64,000 nt of DNA from Phaeosaccion multiseriatum. Its lineage: Eukaryota > Protista > Ochrophyta, other classes. The stretch lies in assembly GCA_965112735.1 (NCBI GenBank), contig OZ218950.1, positions 5,394,001 through 5,458,000 of the forward strand, read 5' to 3'. Shown one piece after another: positions 62,155 to 64,000 of this stretch. The notes below the pieces were generated by a model that saw nothing but the letters and a program-made list of their open reading frames with translations, was not told the origin of the DNA and ran no database searches. Position 1 is the first letter of the stretch. Each line of letters starts with the position of its first letter. A program made the position numbers and the translations under genes.

Positions 62155-63275
62155 CCCCCCACTCGCTTGGGATGGTGTGCGGGGGGGGGGGCGAGCCACT
62201 GAGCGAAATACACTGCGCAGTCCTCTGGCCCGGCTGGTGGAAGCAGCAAAGCGCGCCCAAACCGGCAAATTCGGATTCTTTTCGGAATCACAGATCCAAA
62301 AGTGTCCATATATCCAACCCCTGTAGAAAAGCCGAAAATGCCCTCACCGAAGCGCTCATGTTTTCCGCTCCAAGCTCTTCGAACATCAACTCGTAGAAGT
62401 TACCCTTCTGCACACGCCGTACCAAGACCACTCCGCTGCGATTCCAACCGTCCGCCGCGGACTTCCGCTGTACCAGCTGAGCAATACAACGAATGCCAAA
62501 CACCTCGGTGCTGCGGGCCCGAAAAATGAACAAGTCCAATATCTCAAGCGCGGCGGCACCAATCCCTCGACCACCGAGCACGATAGCAAGAGGGTAGTCC
62601 ATCCATACTACCGGAAGTAAGTCGTGCAAGCAGAGCGAGCCACAAGCCCTGTTCTCTCCCATCCTCCATGTTCACACCGCTCACGAGCCCCAACGCCGAA
62701 AAAACCATCACCTTCTCTTCTGCATCACAGGCAGGCCCCGACTTCCACTCCATAGCTGTTGTGAACGACCAAACATCATGCTTCCGCCGTCCGTTACAGA
62801 TAAGTAGCCAGATTGCTCAATGCCCCAATTTCCTTCAGCACCGGACGACGTACATCGCCGTACACTCCGTAGACGGTCACCAAACGCTGCCGTACCTCCC
62901 GAAATGCGAGTACCGTACACTCCCAATGCCGCCTTCCAATTCCCAATTCTCCCTCGTATGCTGTGCCTCTCTTGTCGCCCATCGGTTCGCTGTTATGGCC
63001 ACAGGTCCCATATCCGCTCCACACGGAAACTCGAGGCGCTAACCACGATCAAAGGGCTCTCCGGTTCCTTCCAACAGCCCGAATAGCTGCCTTCGCATCC
63101 ATGCTGCCACCTTTGACGCTCGTACTAACTGCCTTGCGGTTGCTGTTTGTCCTGAGAGCTGAGCCTCCATCGGACCCCCCCCCTCCCCCTCCCATGCGTT
63201 CGAGATGGTGAGGGAGGTACAGCTGTAGTCCGTCTCCTTCCCTTCGCCGCTCCTCGGCCCGATATGTCTCTCGGA

Positions 63276-63869
63276 TGTAGCTGCCGGAGGTGAGCCGTGC
63301 GAGCTCCCGTATCGAAGGTCAGCTACGCCCCCACCCATCCAGAGAGACTGCAGGCAAGCCCAGTGGCGACCACGTACGCCTCCTTCTGGCCATACTGCTG
63401 TTGTAGGTGGGAGACACTCCAACAACAAGGGAGGTACACTTAAAGACGCAGACGTACACAAACATTCACAGGCACACAGATATAGACAAAGGCACAATAC
63501 AGGGACACCAGCACCCACAAACGCACACTAGCACACACAGACGCAGACCAGCACACACAGATACAAACACACATCGTGTGTAGGGGCAGTGACCACGGCT
63601 GCTGTTGCCTAGGACTGCCCCGCCCGCCGTTGAGGGCCGGAATGGCGAGGGATGAGCCGCTGTTGTCACCGCGCGCAGAGCCAGCCTCCTTTGCGGAGGA
63701 GGCCCATATTCGCACGCCAAACACAGGAAATACGCACCCTACAGACAGAAACACCGTCTGGACATACACACACAAACATACAGACAAACACCTGGAAGAG
63801 CTAAGGGGCCTGCCGTCACCCGGGAGCCCCTTTCGTCTCGTAAAAAGACAAAAAATGCCGTGGACCACA
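63276..63869 (-). mobile_element. LTR-like repeat (LTR3, ~594 bp), diverged relative of LTR2
   Basis: Minus strand: CCCAAGGTTTGGGGGG|TGTG ... CTACA|TCCGA. Shares blocks such as TACACAAACATTCA, ATGGCGAGGGA.GAGCCGCTG.TGTC and TTCGCACGCC with LTR2. Confidence 0.55.
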
Positions 63870-64000
63870 CCCCCCAAACCTTGGGCCACGGGAGAGAGGA
63901 GAGGGCGGAGAGATGAGTAGGGCGTCGGCCTCAACACCGGACGCGGATCCTACGGCGATACCAGCAAGGAAGAAAGGGCGAAGAGGGCAAAAGGCGCCGG

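Noticed and set aside
62155-63275. Coding remnant between the LTRs
   Set aside because: All frames are interrupted, and no gag, RT, integrase or recombinase motif is recognisable.

Overview
Eukaryotic, GC-rich nuclear DNA with short spliceosomal introns (mostly about 70-200 nt). An HPPD with a signal-plus-transit-peptide N-terminus and an outer-arm axonemal dynein suggest a flagellated, plastid-bearing stramenopile-like alga (inference). Bases 1-52.5 kb are gene-dense. They hold the 3' end of a PKG/PKA-like AGC kinase, decayed gene fragments including a Tousled-like kinase pseudo-exon, an intronless CPW-type ankyrin gene, ATR, a gamma-type dynein heavy chain, MRE11, EMG1, HPPD, PP2A-A, ZNHIT3, a PPR protein, an O-fucosyltransferase-family gene, an SLC35A transporter, MOB1, a FAM173-like methyltransferase and MYCBP. 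Most of these sit in tight head-to-head pairs. From about 53 kb the window switches abruptly to repeats: a 4-copy compound (~280 bp + (CCCT)n) array, a 25-monomer 165/166-bp satellite, and a head-to-tail chain of non-coding LTR-like elements on the minus strand. The best novelty candidate is in that chain. Two strongly diverged LTR copies keep the same long hairpin through different stem sequences, and the position normally taken by a tRNA primer-binding site pairs with the LTR itself (self-priming-like). The satellite has expanded exactly at that junction. All exon boundaries and alignments were done by eye.
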